Shown here: piece by piece, positions 29,056 through 47,751 of the stretch
Numbering within the stretch: the first letter of the stretch is position 1
Layout: each line of letters begins with the position of its first letter
Assembly (NCBI RefSeq): GCF_009914755.1
Contig: NC_060938.1
Origin: the human T2T-CHM13v2.0 reference genome, Homo sapiens
Length of the DNA stretch: 64,000 nucleotides
Reading direction: 5' to 3' (one strand)
Position numbers and translations under genes: made by a program
Notes under the pieces: model-generated
Told to the model about the DNA's origin: nothing
Database searches by the model: none
Seen by the model: the letters and a program-made list of their open reading frames with translations, nothing else

Positions 29056-31870
29056 TTCTTTTATATATACTTTAAGTTCTGGGGGTACATGTGCAGAATG
29101 TGCAGTTTTCTTACATTGGTATACACGTGCCATAGTAGTTTGCTGCACCCATCAACCTGTCACCTACATTAGGTATTTCTCGCAATGAAATCCTTCCCCT
29201 AGCCCTCCATCACCCAACAGACCCAGTATGTGATGTTCCCCTCCCTGTGTCCAGGTGTTCTCGTTGTTCAACTCCCACTTGTGAGTGAGAACATGCAGTA
29301 TTTTGTTTTCTGTTCCTGTGTTAGTTTGCTGAGAATGATGGTTTCCAGCTTCATCCATGTCCCTGCAAAGGACATGTACTCATCCTTTTTTATGGCTGCA
29401 TAGTATTCCATGGTGTATATGTGCCACATTTTCTTTATGCACTCTATCATTGATGGACATTTGGGTTGGTTCCAAGTCTTTGCTTTTGTGAATAGTGCCA
29501 CAAAAAACATACGTATGCATGTGCCTTTATACTAGAATGATTTATAATCCTTTGGGTGTATACCCTGTAATGGGATCGCTGGGTCAAATAGTATTTCTAG
29601 CTCTAGATCCTTGAGGAATCACCACACTGTCTTCCACAATGGTTGAACTAATTTACACTCCCACCAACAGTGTAAAAGCATTCCTGTTTCTCCACATCCT
29701 CTCCAGCATCTGTTGTTTCCTGACTTTTTAATGATCACCATTCTAACTGGCGTGAGATGGTATCTCATTGTGGTTTTGATTGCCATTTCTCTAATGACCA
29801 CTGATGATGACAATTTTTTCATAAGTTTGTTGGCTGCATAAATGTCTTCTTTTGAGAACTGTCTGTTCATATACTTTGCCCACTTTTTGATTTTTTTGTG
29901 TGTAAATTTGTTTAAGTTATTTGTAGATTCTGGATATTAGCCCTTTGTCAGATGGATAGATTGCAAAAATTTTCACTCCTTCTGTAGGTTGCCTGTTCAC
30001 TCTGATGACAGTTTCTTTTGCTGTGCAGAAGCTCTTTAGTTTAATTAGATCCCATTTGCCAATTTTGGCTTTTGTTGCCATTGCTTTTGGTGTTTTAGAC
30101 ATGAAGTGTTTGCCCTTGCCTATGTCCTGAATGATATGGCCTAGGTTTTTTTCTAGGATTTTTATGGTTTTAGGTCTTACATTTAAGTCTTTAATCCATC
30201 TTGAGTTGATTTTTGTGTAAGGTGTAAGGAAGGGGTCTAGTTTCAGTTTTCTGCAGATGGCTAGCCAGTTTTCCCAACACCATTTATTAAATGAGGAATC
30301 GTTTCCCCATTGCTTGTTTTTGTCAGATTTGTCGAAGATCAGATGGTTGTAGATGTGTGGTGCTATTTCTGAGGCCTCTCTTCTGTTCCATTGGTCTATA
30401 TATCTGTTTTTGTACCAGTACCATGCTGTTTTGGTTACTGTAGCCTTGTAGTATACTTTGAAGTGAGGTAGCATGATGCCTCCAGCTTTGTTCTTTTTGC
30501 TCAGGATTGTCTATGCGGGCTCTTTTTTGGTTCCATGCGAAGTTTAAAGTAGTTTTCTCCACTTCTGTGAAGAAAGTCAGTGGTAGCTTGATGGGGATGG
30601 CATTGAATCTATAAATTACTTTGGGCAGTATGGCCATCTTCATGATATTTATTCTTCCTATCCATAAGCATGGAATGTTTTTCTATTTGTTTGTGTCCTC
30701 TCTTCTTTCCTTGAGGAGTGATTTGTAGTTCTCCTTAAGGAGGTCCTTCACATCCCTTTTAAGTTGTATTGCTAGGTATTTTATTATCTTAGTAGCAATT
30801 GTGAATGGCAGTTCACTCATGACTTGGCTCTCTGCTTGTCTGTTATTGGTGTATAGGAATGCTTGTGATTTTTGCACATTGATTTTGTATCCTGAGACTT
30901 CGCTGAAGTTGCTTATCAGCTTAAGGAGATTTTGGGCTGAGATGATGGGGTTTCTTAATATACAGTCATGTCATCGGCAGACAGAGAAAATTTGACTTCC
31001 TCTCTTCCTATTTGAATACCCCTTATTTTTTTCTCTTGCCTGATTGCCTTGGCCAGAACTTCCTATACTATGTTGAATAGGAGTGGTGAGAGAGGGCATC
31101 CTTGTCTTGTGCCGGTTTCCAAAGAGAATGCTTCCAGCTTTTGCCCATTCAGTATGATATTGGCTATGGGTTTGCCATAAATACCTCTTATTAATTTGAG
31201 ATACATTCCATTGATACCTAGTTTATTGAGAGTTTTTAGCATGAAGGGTGTTGAATTTTGTCAAAGGCCTTTTCTGCATCTATTGAGATAATCATGTGAT
31301 TTTTGTCATTGGTTCTGTTTATGTGATGGATTATGTTTATTGATTTGCATATGTTGAACCAGGCTTGCATCCCAGGTATGAAGCCAACTTGATCATGGTG
31401 GACAAGCTTTTTGATGTGCTGCTGGATTCGATTTGCCAGTATTTTATTGAGGATTTTTGCATCGATGTTCATCAGGGATATTGGCCTGAAATTTTCCTTT
31501 TTTGTTGTGTCTCTGCCAGGTTTTGGTATCAGGATGATGCTGGCCTCACAAAATGACTTAGGGAGGAGTCCCTCTTTTTCTATTGCTTGGAATAGTTTCC
31601 AGAAGGAATAGTGCCTGCTCCTCCTTGTACCTCTGGTAGAATTAGGCTGTGAATCCATCTGGTCCTGGACTTTTTTTGGTTGGTAGGCTATTAATTACTG
31701 CCTCAATTACAGAACTTGTTATTGGTCTATTCAAGGATTCAACTTCTTCCTCATTTAGACTTGGGAGGGTGTATATGGCCAGGAATTTATCCATTTCTTC
31801 TAGATTTTCTAGTTTATTTGCATAGAGATGTTTATAGTGTTCTCTGATAGCAGTTTGTGTTTCTGTGGGA
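29056..31870 (-). mobile_element. 5'-truncated L1PA (about 2.8 kb: ORF2 RT to 3'UTR), frameshifted
   Basis: ORFs 31236..31658 ([39 protein letters not shown]), 29917..30474 and 29268..29510 are L1 ORF2 pieces. Confidence 0.95.
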
Positions 31871-33404
31871 ATAAACCTTTCAAAAAAGAATCAATAAACT
31901 GGAGCAATTATCTTTTTTCTCCATACGGATGTGTACACTTACAACATGTGGCGCTTTCTCTGATTTAACCAGATTGTATTCTTGATTCACTCCTCCCTCC
32001 TTGTATGGCTCCAGTAGCTGTCCTCTGCTTCTTTTTGCTAGCACATTGTTGGACCCTCTCCATCTCTATTCCTAGAGGACATCAAATCATAAAGGGGTGA
32101 CCACAAAGTAATGGGGCACACAAGTGGAACACTTACCATTTCATAAGGAATGTTTCTACGAAGATATAACATTTAACCTCTATTGAGAGAAAACAGGAGT
32201 TTTCCAGGGCAAGGGAGTAGGGGCAGGGTGGTAAACAGCATTTTGGGAATGGGGATTTCATGTACAAATATGCAGAGAATGACACAGCCAAATATATTGT
32301 AAACATAAAACAGGTAGAAGACACAAAGTTGGCAAGTGTAATAAAAAATGATATCCAAAAAGTTTTTTGACTCTATTTACAGAGTGCCATTCAGAAGTTA
32401 ACTGATCAATAAAAAGGGTATCTGATTCACTCTGTTTTCAAGAGACAGGCTTTCCAAAAACACTGAGAATAGACTGAAGAGAAGATACAGTGGAGGACAA
32501 AAGACCAGCAAATTGCACCAGGTTCAAACAGCAGCATTTTAAATAAACACATTTTAAATATTCAAAGTTTAATTTTGAGCAAGAGCTCCAGTAGTTAAAA
32601 GAGAGGATCAGAATGACATCATCAAGGTATCAAAATATTATTTTTGCTTTTCATAACTAATTCATGTATTTAATACTCCATTCAAATTCATTGCTTCATT
32701 TAAGTATTTACTGTGTAGTAAGCACTGTGCACTGTTCAGGCTATTGAGGACACAATGGTGAGCAAAACAGATAAAACTACCCCACCCTCATGGAGATTAT
32801 ATTTTGGTATGCAAAGCAAATGCTCCAAAAGGATATCCAAACTGCCAGATTAAAACAAAGAGCTAGGAAACACACAGGGAGCAAGTCAAGAGCTTTTATC
32901 AGACAAACAACAATTTTTTATACTTTAAAAAATTCAGTTATTTCTCTCTTTTGGTAACCAAATAAACTCAAAGACTTGGGTGGGACAAATATTATTATGA
33001 CCCCTACCCCCTTTTAGATTTTGAAGCAAAACATCAGAATATGTAAGTAATTTTCCCACATTGATAAATGTCAGTAGAGAGGTAAGCTTCACCCCTGGAC
33101 ACGCTGATGCAGAAACATCTCATGCCTTTCCCATAAGTCATCTCTAAGCATGAGAAACAACAAGGACTAAAGGGAGGGAAAGATGTAGCTTCAGTTGCTG
33201 CTTAAAACAATGAACAATAGATAGAAACATGTTAAGAATAACCTGCACTTAATGACAATGTTTGTGGTACTGACGTAAGGGAAGATCTTTGCAGCTTTCT
33301 GGAAATGGTCAAAAATGTGCTCAGTTTCAGGGATGTACTAACATTTCTGCTGCAAAGAGACTAAAGTGTAATAATGCATGGAATATTAAATTAGAGACAT
33401 TTTC

Positions 33405-35570
33405 TTAACCTGATGAATGAGCCTTAGTTTCTTTGGGACCAGAACATTGTCGTAGATACATAAGAAGCCCAACAGTAAAGAGGAAAATCACAACAGACAA
33501 GAAGGAATCACAATCAATGGCAAAAAAAAACCTCTTCTCTTTGCAGATGCTGGGCCACTGTCAACACTGCCCCCATAGCCTCTGTGCTGGCAGTAGGGCG
33601 GGGACCACCCCTAGCCACAGTGGCAGTGATGTTTGTTATTGCAGATCTCCTTCATATTGCAGGTCTCAGGAAGGCAGATGTGTGACAAGACAGACAGACT
33701 GACACTTCTTGTGGATGCAGATCTTTCCTGGGCCACACACAGTACCATCTTTCACTGCACCAATGTCAGATATGTGCATCCTTAAATGATAGTCAATACC
33801 CCAGCAGGTGACACCATTGATATGAGTGTGCTGCAAAGTAAAATGATCTTGGAGAAGAGGAATGTCTCTCACATTCTCACATTGAACTCTCCCACAAAAG
33901 ACATCAGAGATATGACATTTTAGGTATGTTGTGCCATTTATACCACAGTGACCAAAACGGTTTCCCTGAGAGTTGATTTCTTTATAGCAATTCTGAGATG
34001 CACTTTTTGCATCTTTACCAAAAATCTCCCTGCAATGCTGGTCATGGTTATTACACCTCTTTTGATAGCAGTAGGAACTGTCACTACAGGGGATCCCGTC
34101 CTGCACATATCTATCTTCTGGACACTGAAGGGATGTTCCATTGCACCATTCTGGAAGGTCACATTCATTGACCTCTTGTCTACAGAGTTCCCCTGATGGC
34201 ATGAATTTGCAGTCTTTGCAACAAAGCCCAAAAGCACAGGGAGCCCCAGGCCTTAGAGTGCAGTTCAATGGACAACAGGCATCTTGTTCACACTGCTGTA
34301 CGGATCCACAGTCACACTGCTCTTCTCTTTCAACCACACCATTCCCACAGCGCTTTAGCATAAAGATTTCCCCCAATCTTGGAGGATTTTGCAGACATGA
34401 TCCCTGGTTTAAGGTGGTCTTCATAAAATCAGCGTAACTGCAATTGGTGAATTTCTCTGCTGGCACTCTAAAAGTATTCATGATGCAACCTCTTTCCCCA
34501 CAAAAACAGAATTCTTCATCATGCTGCATACCCAACGTATGACCTAACTCATGGGCCACAGTGTTGGCAAAAAGAGACCAGGTATCTCCTTGAAAATTAT
34601 CAACTCCACAATCAATAGGTGGACGACATATTCCTGCAATGTAGGCTAGGCCAAGTATACTTATAAGTGAATTTTTTATGAACGTATGTGCAGCACCATG
34701 TTGTAGCTGGGAACGACTGATTTGTTTCCGTTGAGAGAAATCATTTAGGATCTGTTCTATGCTTGTCATTGGGAAAACATTTCCTTGATTCCAAATTTCA
34801 ATTCCAATCAAAATTATGTAAGTACCTAACTGCTGATACATGGAATCCACTATGTTGACAACAAGAAATACATCCTCTTGCACCTTTGAGATGTTGCTTT
34901 GAGAGTAAATGAAGAAATGGTTCACCACAACAACGAGCTCCAGAAACCATGCATGAGTCCACCAGTCACCAGCAAATTTTGGTTCCAGAGCTGAGTTCTC
35001 AGCCTCTTCAAATTCCAACTGTTGGCGTGCTACTTCCTTCTCTGTTAAGCTACATCTCATAGCTGGGAATTGTGTCTCATTACTGTTTACTTTGTAAACC
35101 AGGTGTTCAAATGTGGCAGAGTGCCTGATGGGTTCAATTTCATGAGTGAGGCCACTTATTTTTAATACTCCTCGAAAGCCCCCACAACAAGCACTGAACA
35201 CAACCAGAGACTCAGGGGCACCCTCCACGTAACCATGATAGTAACAGTCATCTGGGATGAAGAGCTGATCCTCCAGGAGTGCATGCTCATCTGTGTAGGT
35301 GAACACTGGGAGGTGTCTAGAAACCAAGAGCTTCTTAACCCTCATATGAACAACATGTTTCTGGTCCCCAAACCGCAGACTATAGGAGAGCCATCCAGGA
35401 GCCTTTGCACTTCTGCCCCTGCTGATCACCTTCAAGGGGATCACCACTTCCGGGGAAGTGAAATGCTGGGAGGGCCCAGCCTGACAGTAGCCAGAAATAG
35501 ACAAAAATACCCCAAGCCAGAGCAGCAGAAGAGTGACCCTGATGTACACTAGGGTCCCATCCACTGCCAT
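33405..35570 (-). pseudogene. ADAM21P1: ADAM21 paralog, C-terminally disrupted (probably ADAM21P1 or its ortholog); 634-aa ORF at 33666-35570 remains open
   Basis: MAVDGTLVYIRVTLLLLWLGVFLSISGYCQAGPSQHFTSPEVVIPLKV is the ADAM21 N-terminus; HELGHTLGMQHD at 34518-34553; disintegrin CRQEVNECDLPEWCNG. A 2-nt deletion near 33701, TAG at 33611-33613 and a 1-nt deletion near 33500 disrupt the EGF/TM region. The ancestral end ...GPKETKAHSSG* is readable, with TAA at 33405-33407. Confidence 0.9.
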
Positions 35571-35693
35571 TATGAAGCTGTCGTTATGGAGCCATCTGTC
35601 CAGAGCAGAAGAGGACAAGGTGTGAGGCACTGCTGGTCTGGCTTCTCCCTCTAAGCTGCTCAGGATGCAGGGCTGACCCTACGGATCTGTGTC

Positions 35694-40766
<5,073 letters not shown>

Positions 40767-41317
40767 ATCAGAAGAAACAGTAGTTTCCATGGCCCTTTCC
40801 GTCTAGATGGTTTGTACCACCCTTTATCAATGAACAAAGGTGTGTAGCTGTGACCACAGAACAAAGAGAAACGTAAGCCCTTCCCCCTTTTGTCTCTCAG
40901 GTGACTAAATTGTAGATTTAGCTGCTTAGCAACGAGGATCTTTATCTTCTTAGAGAAATAATAATAGGCTCTCAAGAATATCTCGCTCTTATCTGACCAT
41001 TTCTATACTTATTTCCAAATTCCATATGATTGGAATTGGGTTGTCTCCTCACCTCCAGTCTATGTCCCCTGACAGCATAGGTTTGTAATTTTGCTGGTGC
41101 CATTGCATTGGTCTAGACTGTCTAATCACTTTTCCCACTGAACTGAATTATAGTAACTTTCTAGGGCAAGATCAAATTCCACTTCCATTATCAAATCTTT
41201 CCTAAATAATCCAGAAAACATAAACATCCTATAACTCTCTTATAACTATAACATGCAACACATTTTTGTGTGACAAAATTTATGTCCTTGCTATTTTCTG
41301 TTTTATATGTGAGCTTT

Positions 41318-42010
41318 AGATGCTGGAGAGGATGTAGAGAAATAGGAACACTTTTACACTGTTGGTGGGAGTGTAAATTAGTTCAATCATTGTGGAAGAC
41401 AGTGTGGTAACTCCTCAAGGACCTAGAAGCAGAAATACCATCTGACCCAGCAATCCAACTACTGGGTATATACCCAAAGGATTATAAATAATTCTACTAT
41501 AAAGACACATACACACGGATGTTTATTGCAGCACTGTTCACAATAGCAAAGACTTGTAACCAACCCAAATGCCCATCAATGATAGACTGAATAAAGAAAA
41601 TGTGGCACATATACACCATGGAATACTATGCAGCCATAAAAAAGGATGAGTTCATGTCCTTTGCAGGGACTCGGATGAAGCTGGAAACCATCGTTCTCAG
41701 CAAACTAACACAAGAACAGAAAAACAAACACTGCATGTTCTCACTCATAAGTGGGAGTTGAACAATGAGAACACATGGACACAGGAAGGGGAACGTCATA
41801 CAACAGGACCTGTCAGGGGGTTGGGGGCTAGGGGAGGGATAGCATTAGGAGAAATACCTAACGTAGATGATGGGTTGATGGGTGCAGCAAACCACCATGG
41901 CACATGTATACCCATGTAACAAACCTGCACATTCTGCACATGTATCTCAGAACTTAAAGTATAATAATAAAATAAAATTTAAAAAATAAATAAAAATAAA
42001 AAATAAAAAA
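41318..42010 (+). mobile_element. L1PA 3' end with (TAAAAA)n-type tail
   Basis: agatgctggagaggatgtagagaaataggaacacttttacactgttggtggg...agaacttaaagtataataat. Confidence 0.93.
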
Positions 42011-42857
42011 CAATTGTAGCACAATGATTATAAAGACAAAGAAATAAAACTTGAGTTACTTCAATTCTGTCATTCTTTGTGATAAAATTTTTATTCGTGT
42101 TTAGAATTTTAGATTATAGACATATTTCAAAACTGGTAGAGTTGATACCGAAAAAATAAAGACATGGACAGTTTGAAATTTTTCATTTTTATTGTGAAAT
42201 TAGATTCTTATGAATGTCTGCTTATCCTTTGTTTAAAGCTTTTCTTAACCGTTTTATTATCTTCAATCTTCATGTTAGCAAAACTTAAGTTAAAATAAAT
42301 AAAAAATTAATGGATAAATTATTTTCCTGCGAGCGCTCCTTCAAGCACAGGTATGTGAAGATCAATTTTGTTGAAGTCATGGACAAATTTGTGGAAGTTA
42401 AAACTCAAGAACAGAAACTGTAATGTTGTGATTTATTTATATGATAGGCCAATATTGAGAGGTGACAGCATGCTGGCAGCCTCACAGCCCTTGCTCTCGG
42501 TGCTTCCTCGGCCTTGGCGCCCACTCTGCCCACGCTTGAGGAGCCCTTCAGCCCACCACTGCACTGTGGTAGCCCCCTTCTGGGCTGGCCAAGGCCGGAG
42601 CCGGCTCGCTCAGCTTGCGGGGAGGTGTGGAGGGAGAGGCGCGGGCAGGAACCGGGGCTGTGCGCGGCGTTTGCCGGCCAGTGCGAGTTCCGGGTAGGCG
42701 TGGGCTCGGCAAGCCCCGCTGGCGGCCGGCCAGCCCACAAGCCCAGGGCAGTGAGGAGCTTAGCACCTGGGCCAGCAGCTGCTGTGCTCGATTTCTCACC
42801 GGGCCTTAGCTGCCTCTCCACGAGCAGGGTTTGGGACGGGCAGCTAGCCATGCCTGA

Positions 42858-42948
42858 CCGCCCGCCGCCCGCCGCCCGCCGCCCGCCGCCCGCCGCCCGC
42901 CGCCCGCCGCCCGCCGCCCGCCGCCCGCCGCCCGCCGCCCGCCGCCCG
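42858..42948. repeat. Perfect (CCGCCCG)13 heptamer tandem repeat
   Basis: Counted directly: 91 bp, 100% GC, no interruptions. Confidence 0.95.
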
Positions 42949-43279
42949 CCATGCCTGAGCGCCCGCCGCCCGCCCGCCATGCCTGAGCCCCCACCCCCTC
43001 CCCGCCCGCCATGCCTGAGCCCCCACCCCCTCCCCGCCACCCCCAGCCCACTGCTGTGGACTCCTGCGCCGCCCGAGCCTCCTCGACGAGCACCGCCCCC
43101 TGCTCCAGGGCGCCCAGTCCCATAGACCGCCCGAAGGCTGAGGACTGCTGGCGCATGGCGCGGGACTGGCAGGCAGCTCCACCTGCGGCCCCTGTGCGGG
43201 ATCCACTGCGTGAAGCCAGCTGGGCTCCTGAGTATGGTGGGGACTTGAAGTATCTTTATGTCTAGGTAAGGGATTGTAA

Positions 43280-43540
43280 ATACACCAGTCAGCACTCTGT
43301 ATCTAGCTCAAGTTTTGTAAACACACCAATCAGCACCCTGTGTCTAGCTCAGGGTTTGTGAATGCACCAATGGACACTGCATCTAGCTAATCTAGTGGGG
43401 AGGTGGAGAACTTTTGTGTCTAGCTCAGGGATTGTAAAGCACCAATCAGCACCCTGTTAAAACAGACCAATCAGCTCTCTGTAAAATGGACCAATCAGCA
43501 GGATGTGGGTGGGACCAGATAAGAGAATAAAAGCAGGCTG
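43280..43540 (+). promoter_or_regulatory. LTR12 enhancer/promoter: CCAAT (NF-Y) array and AATAAA TATA-like box
   Basis: At least five ccaat motifs (caccaatcagc, gaccaatcagc) followed by gagaataaaagcagg near 43525, the known ERV9 LTR promoter layout. Activity here is untested. Confidence 0.65.
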
Positions 43541-45908
43541 CCTGAGCTGGCGGTGGCAATGCTTCCCTGTCTCCTTCTGTACTGTGGAAGCTTTGCTCTT
43601 TTACTCTGCAATAAATCTTGCTGCTGCTAACTGTTTGGGTCCACGCTACCTCTATAAGCTGTAACACTCACCATAAAGGTCTTACAGCTTCATTCCTGAA
43701 GCCAGTGAGACCACGAACCCAGCAGGAGGAACGAACAACTCCAGACGCGCTGCCTTAAGAGCTGTTAACACTCACCGCAAGGTCTGCAGCTTCACTCCTG
43801 AAGCCAGAGAGACCACGAACCCAGCAGGAGGAATGAACAACTCCAGATGCGCCGCCTTAAGAGCTGTAACGCTCACCGCGAAGGTCTGCAGCCTCACTCC
43901 TGAGCCAGCGAGACCACGAACCCACCAGAAGGAAGAAACTCCGAACACATCCGAACCTCGGAAGGAAGAAACTCCAAACACATCCAAACATCAGAAGGAA
44001 CAAACTCTGCACACACCGCCTTTAAGAACTGTAACACTCACCACCAGGGTTCGCGGCTTCATTCTTGAAGTCAGTGAGACCAAGAAGCCACCAATTCCGG
44101 ACACAATATGAAGTAAGTTTTCCTATGTCTTTTAAAAATATATATTAATATATTTAATAAGAATTTATTACCTTTTCACTACCCTATTTGGTACTATTCT
44201 TATTCATTTTACTTTTTATTTTTAAAAACTTTTGCAGTGGTATGATTGTATATGGAAAGGTCAATGAAAAAAATTCACTCTTCCTAATCTGAAATGGCAT
44301 GTTTATTTTCATTTATTTATTTTTACTGACATGACCATATAAGGGTTAGTAAAAGAAAATGTTCACTACTTAAAGTTTCCTGGCCATTAATTATTTGTTT
44401 CATTTCATGATTATTCCTCAAAATAACTTTGTCATGTAGAGGAAGAAAAGTTAAAACATAATCCGCTCTGTCAAACACACGAGATAGAACACTAAGGCTT
44501 GATCCAAAAATATGTGGAGCCTATTTCCAAGGCAGTTCAGTTAACTTTTTCCACTCAGCCATGTGGGTTCCCACCTCACCCTCCTCTCTTCTTGCTGCTC
44601 AGTCTTTCCATTGTCCTCCTCACTGCCTCACCCAGCTCCTAAGTGCCGTTTTAATATGATGGATCCCATGATAGTAAAAGTGACTCTGGGGTGAATTCAT
44701 CAGAAAGGGTTGCACTGGAAACTGAATGAAGGACTCTGCATCACAAACCAGGGGACCTGGAAAGAACAGAAGAGGATGCTTTGTCAGGTGGTCACCTTTC
44801 ATAGTAGAGTGCTGGGCTCAATTTCCTGTTGGGAGGACTCTGAATGGGTCTGACCTAGATGTTTCCACAAACTTTTCACAAGGGCAGCCCTGTGAGGCAG
44901 AAAGAGAAGAGAGAGCCAGGAGGATTATGAGGTGGGAGAAGAAAAGAAAGCTTGAACAAAATGCGCCATAAGAAAAGGAAGTGCCTTTTCAAAAATGCAA
45001 TGAGACAAATTCCTCTTTTGCGAATGCTTTCTCATCCTGGGGGGTTAAGACGGGGTGATGGGGTGCTATATATCCAAATTGGAGCAAAATGACTCAGAAA
45101 AAGTAAGTGTTTCTGGATCAAGGATACTCATGGAAATTCAAAAAAAAAGGCAATAAATATGTCAATAAAGTATTCAAAATCACTACAATTTTAGAAATAT
45201 ATAAGTCAAATTGACGAAGATTGAAAATAAACTATCAAGTGTTCACATCATAGATAAGCACCTAAGTGTTTTAATTAGATATATAATAGTATACCCTTTG
45301 AGCGGAATTTTATCCAGTAATTTAAAATTTCTATGTTATCAAACATTTCAGGACGTAGAAAATAGATTCAAGTAAAAAAAACTACTAAACATTACGTTAT
45401 CCCTTATGCTTACCAAAGTGACTGGAAAGATGTATTTTGAAGTAGAAAGAAAATCTCTATCCTCTTCTTTCACTCTCCCTTCTCGCTCTTCCCCCCACCC
45501 CCATACATTTCAATCCCAAGGAGGAGCGTCTATGTTTTGTCAACTTCTGGAATACTGTCTGGGCTACCGTTGGCAGTCATTGCGTATTAGAAAGGCATAT
45601 TGTAACTACCCCTCTTGCTTCCTATCGCCCCCATGTGGTAGGATTGGCAAACTGAATCCAGGCCCACTTGGACTAAACACTTACTGGTTCACTTAATCTC
45701 TCCTTTGTGCTCATAATTGGTTAGGCCTCCTATACCCTGTCGTGAGTCAGAGAATGGACGATCCCAAGAAATGGAATTAGGCCTGGGGAGAGGTGGAGAC
45801 TCTACTAAGTTTCTAGGCAACAGGTGCCTTGGCTACCCCTCAGGTATTTAAGGTCCAAGCTGTCTAAATCACAAAGGGAGGGGAGGACATCTATAAATCC
45901 AACCAATT

Positions 45909-46216
<308 letters not shown>

Positions 46217-46664
46217 ATAAAATCCAATCAACTGCTTCAAGGTAGGAAATAAAAGTTCAAGCCCTGGAGGCTTTTAGGGTGAGGAGACATTTTCTACTGA
46301 ATCCTTTTGTAGCTAGACTTTGTTCAAAGGGCAATGAAAAATGATAGTTAAAAAAAAACTTTTTGTTTATCCTGGACCTATTTTTTCTTATTTTGATCCG
46401 AGCACCATGGCTTCTTCCACTCAGGTTTTTGCCTTGTATAAAGCTAAACCCTTTCCTGGCTTAGCAGTTGTCATATGGCATAAGCCCATCTGATAGGAGC
46501 ACTGCATTCCTCCGTCCATAGTATTTTATTAAGAGAAAAACATGCACACAAAGAGAAGATGTTTCCTTGGAACTGTGTACCATGTGAGAAACACCGACAC
46601 AAACTGCAATGCTAAAGTCTGTAAAATCTGTGCAAGTAAAAATCACCTATAGAGACGCCACTGA

Positions 46665-46970
<306 letters not shown>

Positions 46971-47751
46971 TTAAAATAAGAGGTTGAGGACACTTGTGGA
47001 ATAGGAAGTAGGAATATGAATAGATCAATATATAGTACATAATAAGAGATGTCATAATATTAATACTAATATTGCTAATAGTAAAATAAACATTCTTAAA
47101 GTATATTGGGCTTTGGATACTAAAATTTGATCACTGTCGGAAGACTGGTTACAGGTCAAACTAGTGGTGTTTTTCTGACTTCTCTTGAGTGGAGAAGGCT
47201 TTTCTAGGGCACAGGTCAGGTGGCTAATAACAGAGTAGGATGATTGGTGCAGGATCTGCTCAAGTGGAATGCTTAGTTTTGAATGTAAAAAGCAGAAACA
47301 TCAATGATGTCAGCAAAGGCAAATTCTAGGAAGTATCAAAATATGAAAACTCAGAAAGCTACATTTGTGTTCAACTCTGGTCAATTTTTGGTTTATAATG
47401 AAAAAGACAAAGGTCAGACTCTTGAGTACAATCTAGATTCAAGTGGGGGCAAAAACAAGGAAATGGACAAAGTAATAGAGGGTCAAGGTAATTGCTTAGA
47501 ACAGGAAATGCTAGAGATTCTTCTTAAAGGATCAAAGCCAGATCTATTCCTGGATAGATCAGTGTAGTTTAAAGCTCTGTGAAACAAACACCAGCTCTCT
47601 AATGGTCTTTCTAGTGTAGTTGTTTAAAAATAACAGAATAAATGATAAGAAAAAACAAAATTTGGAAAACTGGACTTCCATATTTGGCACTATGGCAGAC
47701 AACATGTCCAGTTCCTAGCTCACGCAGCAAAATAATTCAAAATTCTACATG

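Larger units (their letters stand above)
42456..44105 (+). mobile_element. Solo LTR12 (LTR12C-like, ERV9), 1650 bp
   Basis: tgagaggtgacagcatgctggcag...ccaattccggacaca; 4-bp TSD atat (42452-42455, 44106-44109); repeated CCAAT units at about 43280-43500; tandem ctgtaacactcacc...gagaccacgaaccc units in the 3' part. Confidence 0.95.
42050..44490 (+). mobile_element. Old hAT-type DNA transposon fragment split by the LTR12 insertion
   Basis: tcctgcgagcgctccttc (SCERSF) and INFVEVMDKFVEVKTQEQKL* resemble the hAT transposase C-terminal dimerization region; boundaries approximate. Confidence 0.45.

Noticed and set aside
35571-35630. 20-codon N-terminal extension of the 654-aa ADAM ORF
   Set aside because: It starts at a GTG; the recognisable ADAM21 start is MAVDG at 35570.
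42405-43295. 296-aa and overlapping ORFs with (AAGGGRR)n or (PPPAARR)n repeats
   Set aside because: They are translations of the stop-free GC heptamer repeat and LTR12 sequence; there is no independent sign of coding.
43660-44050. Regularly spaced direct repeats superficially like a CRISPR array
   Set aside because: Standard LTR12 tandem units without unique spacers; eukaryotic DNA with no cas genes.
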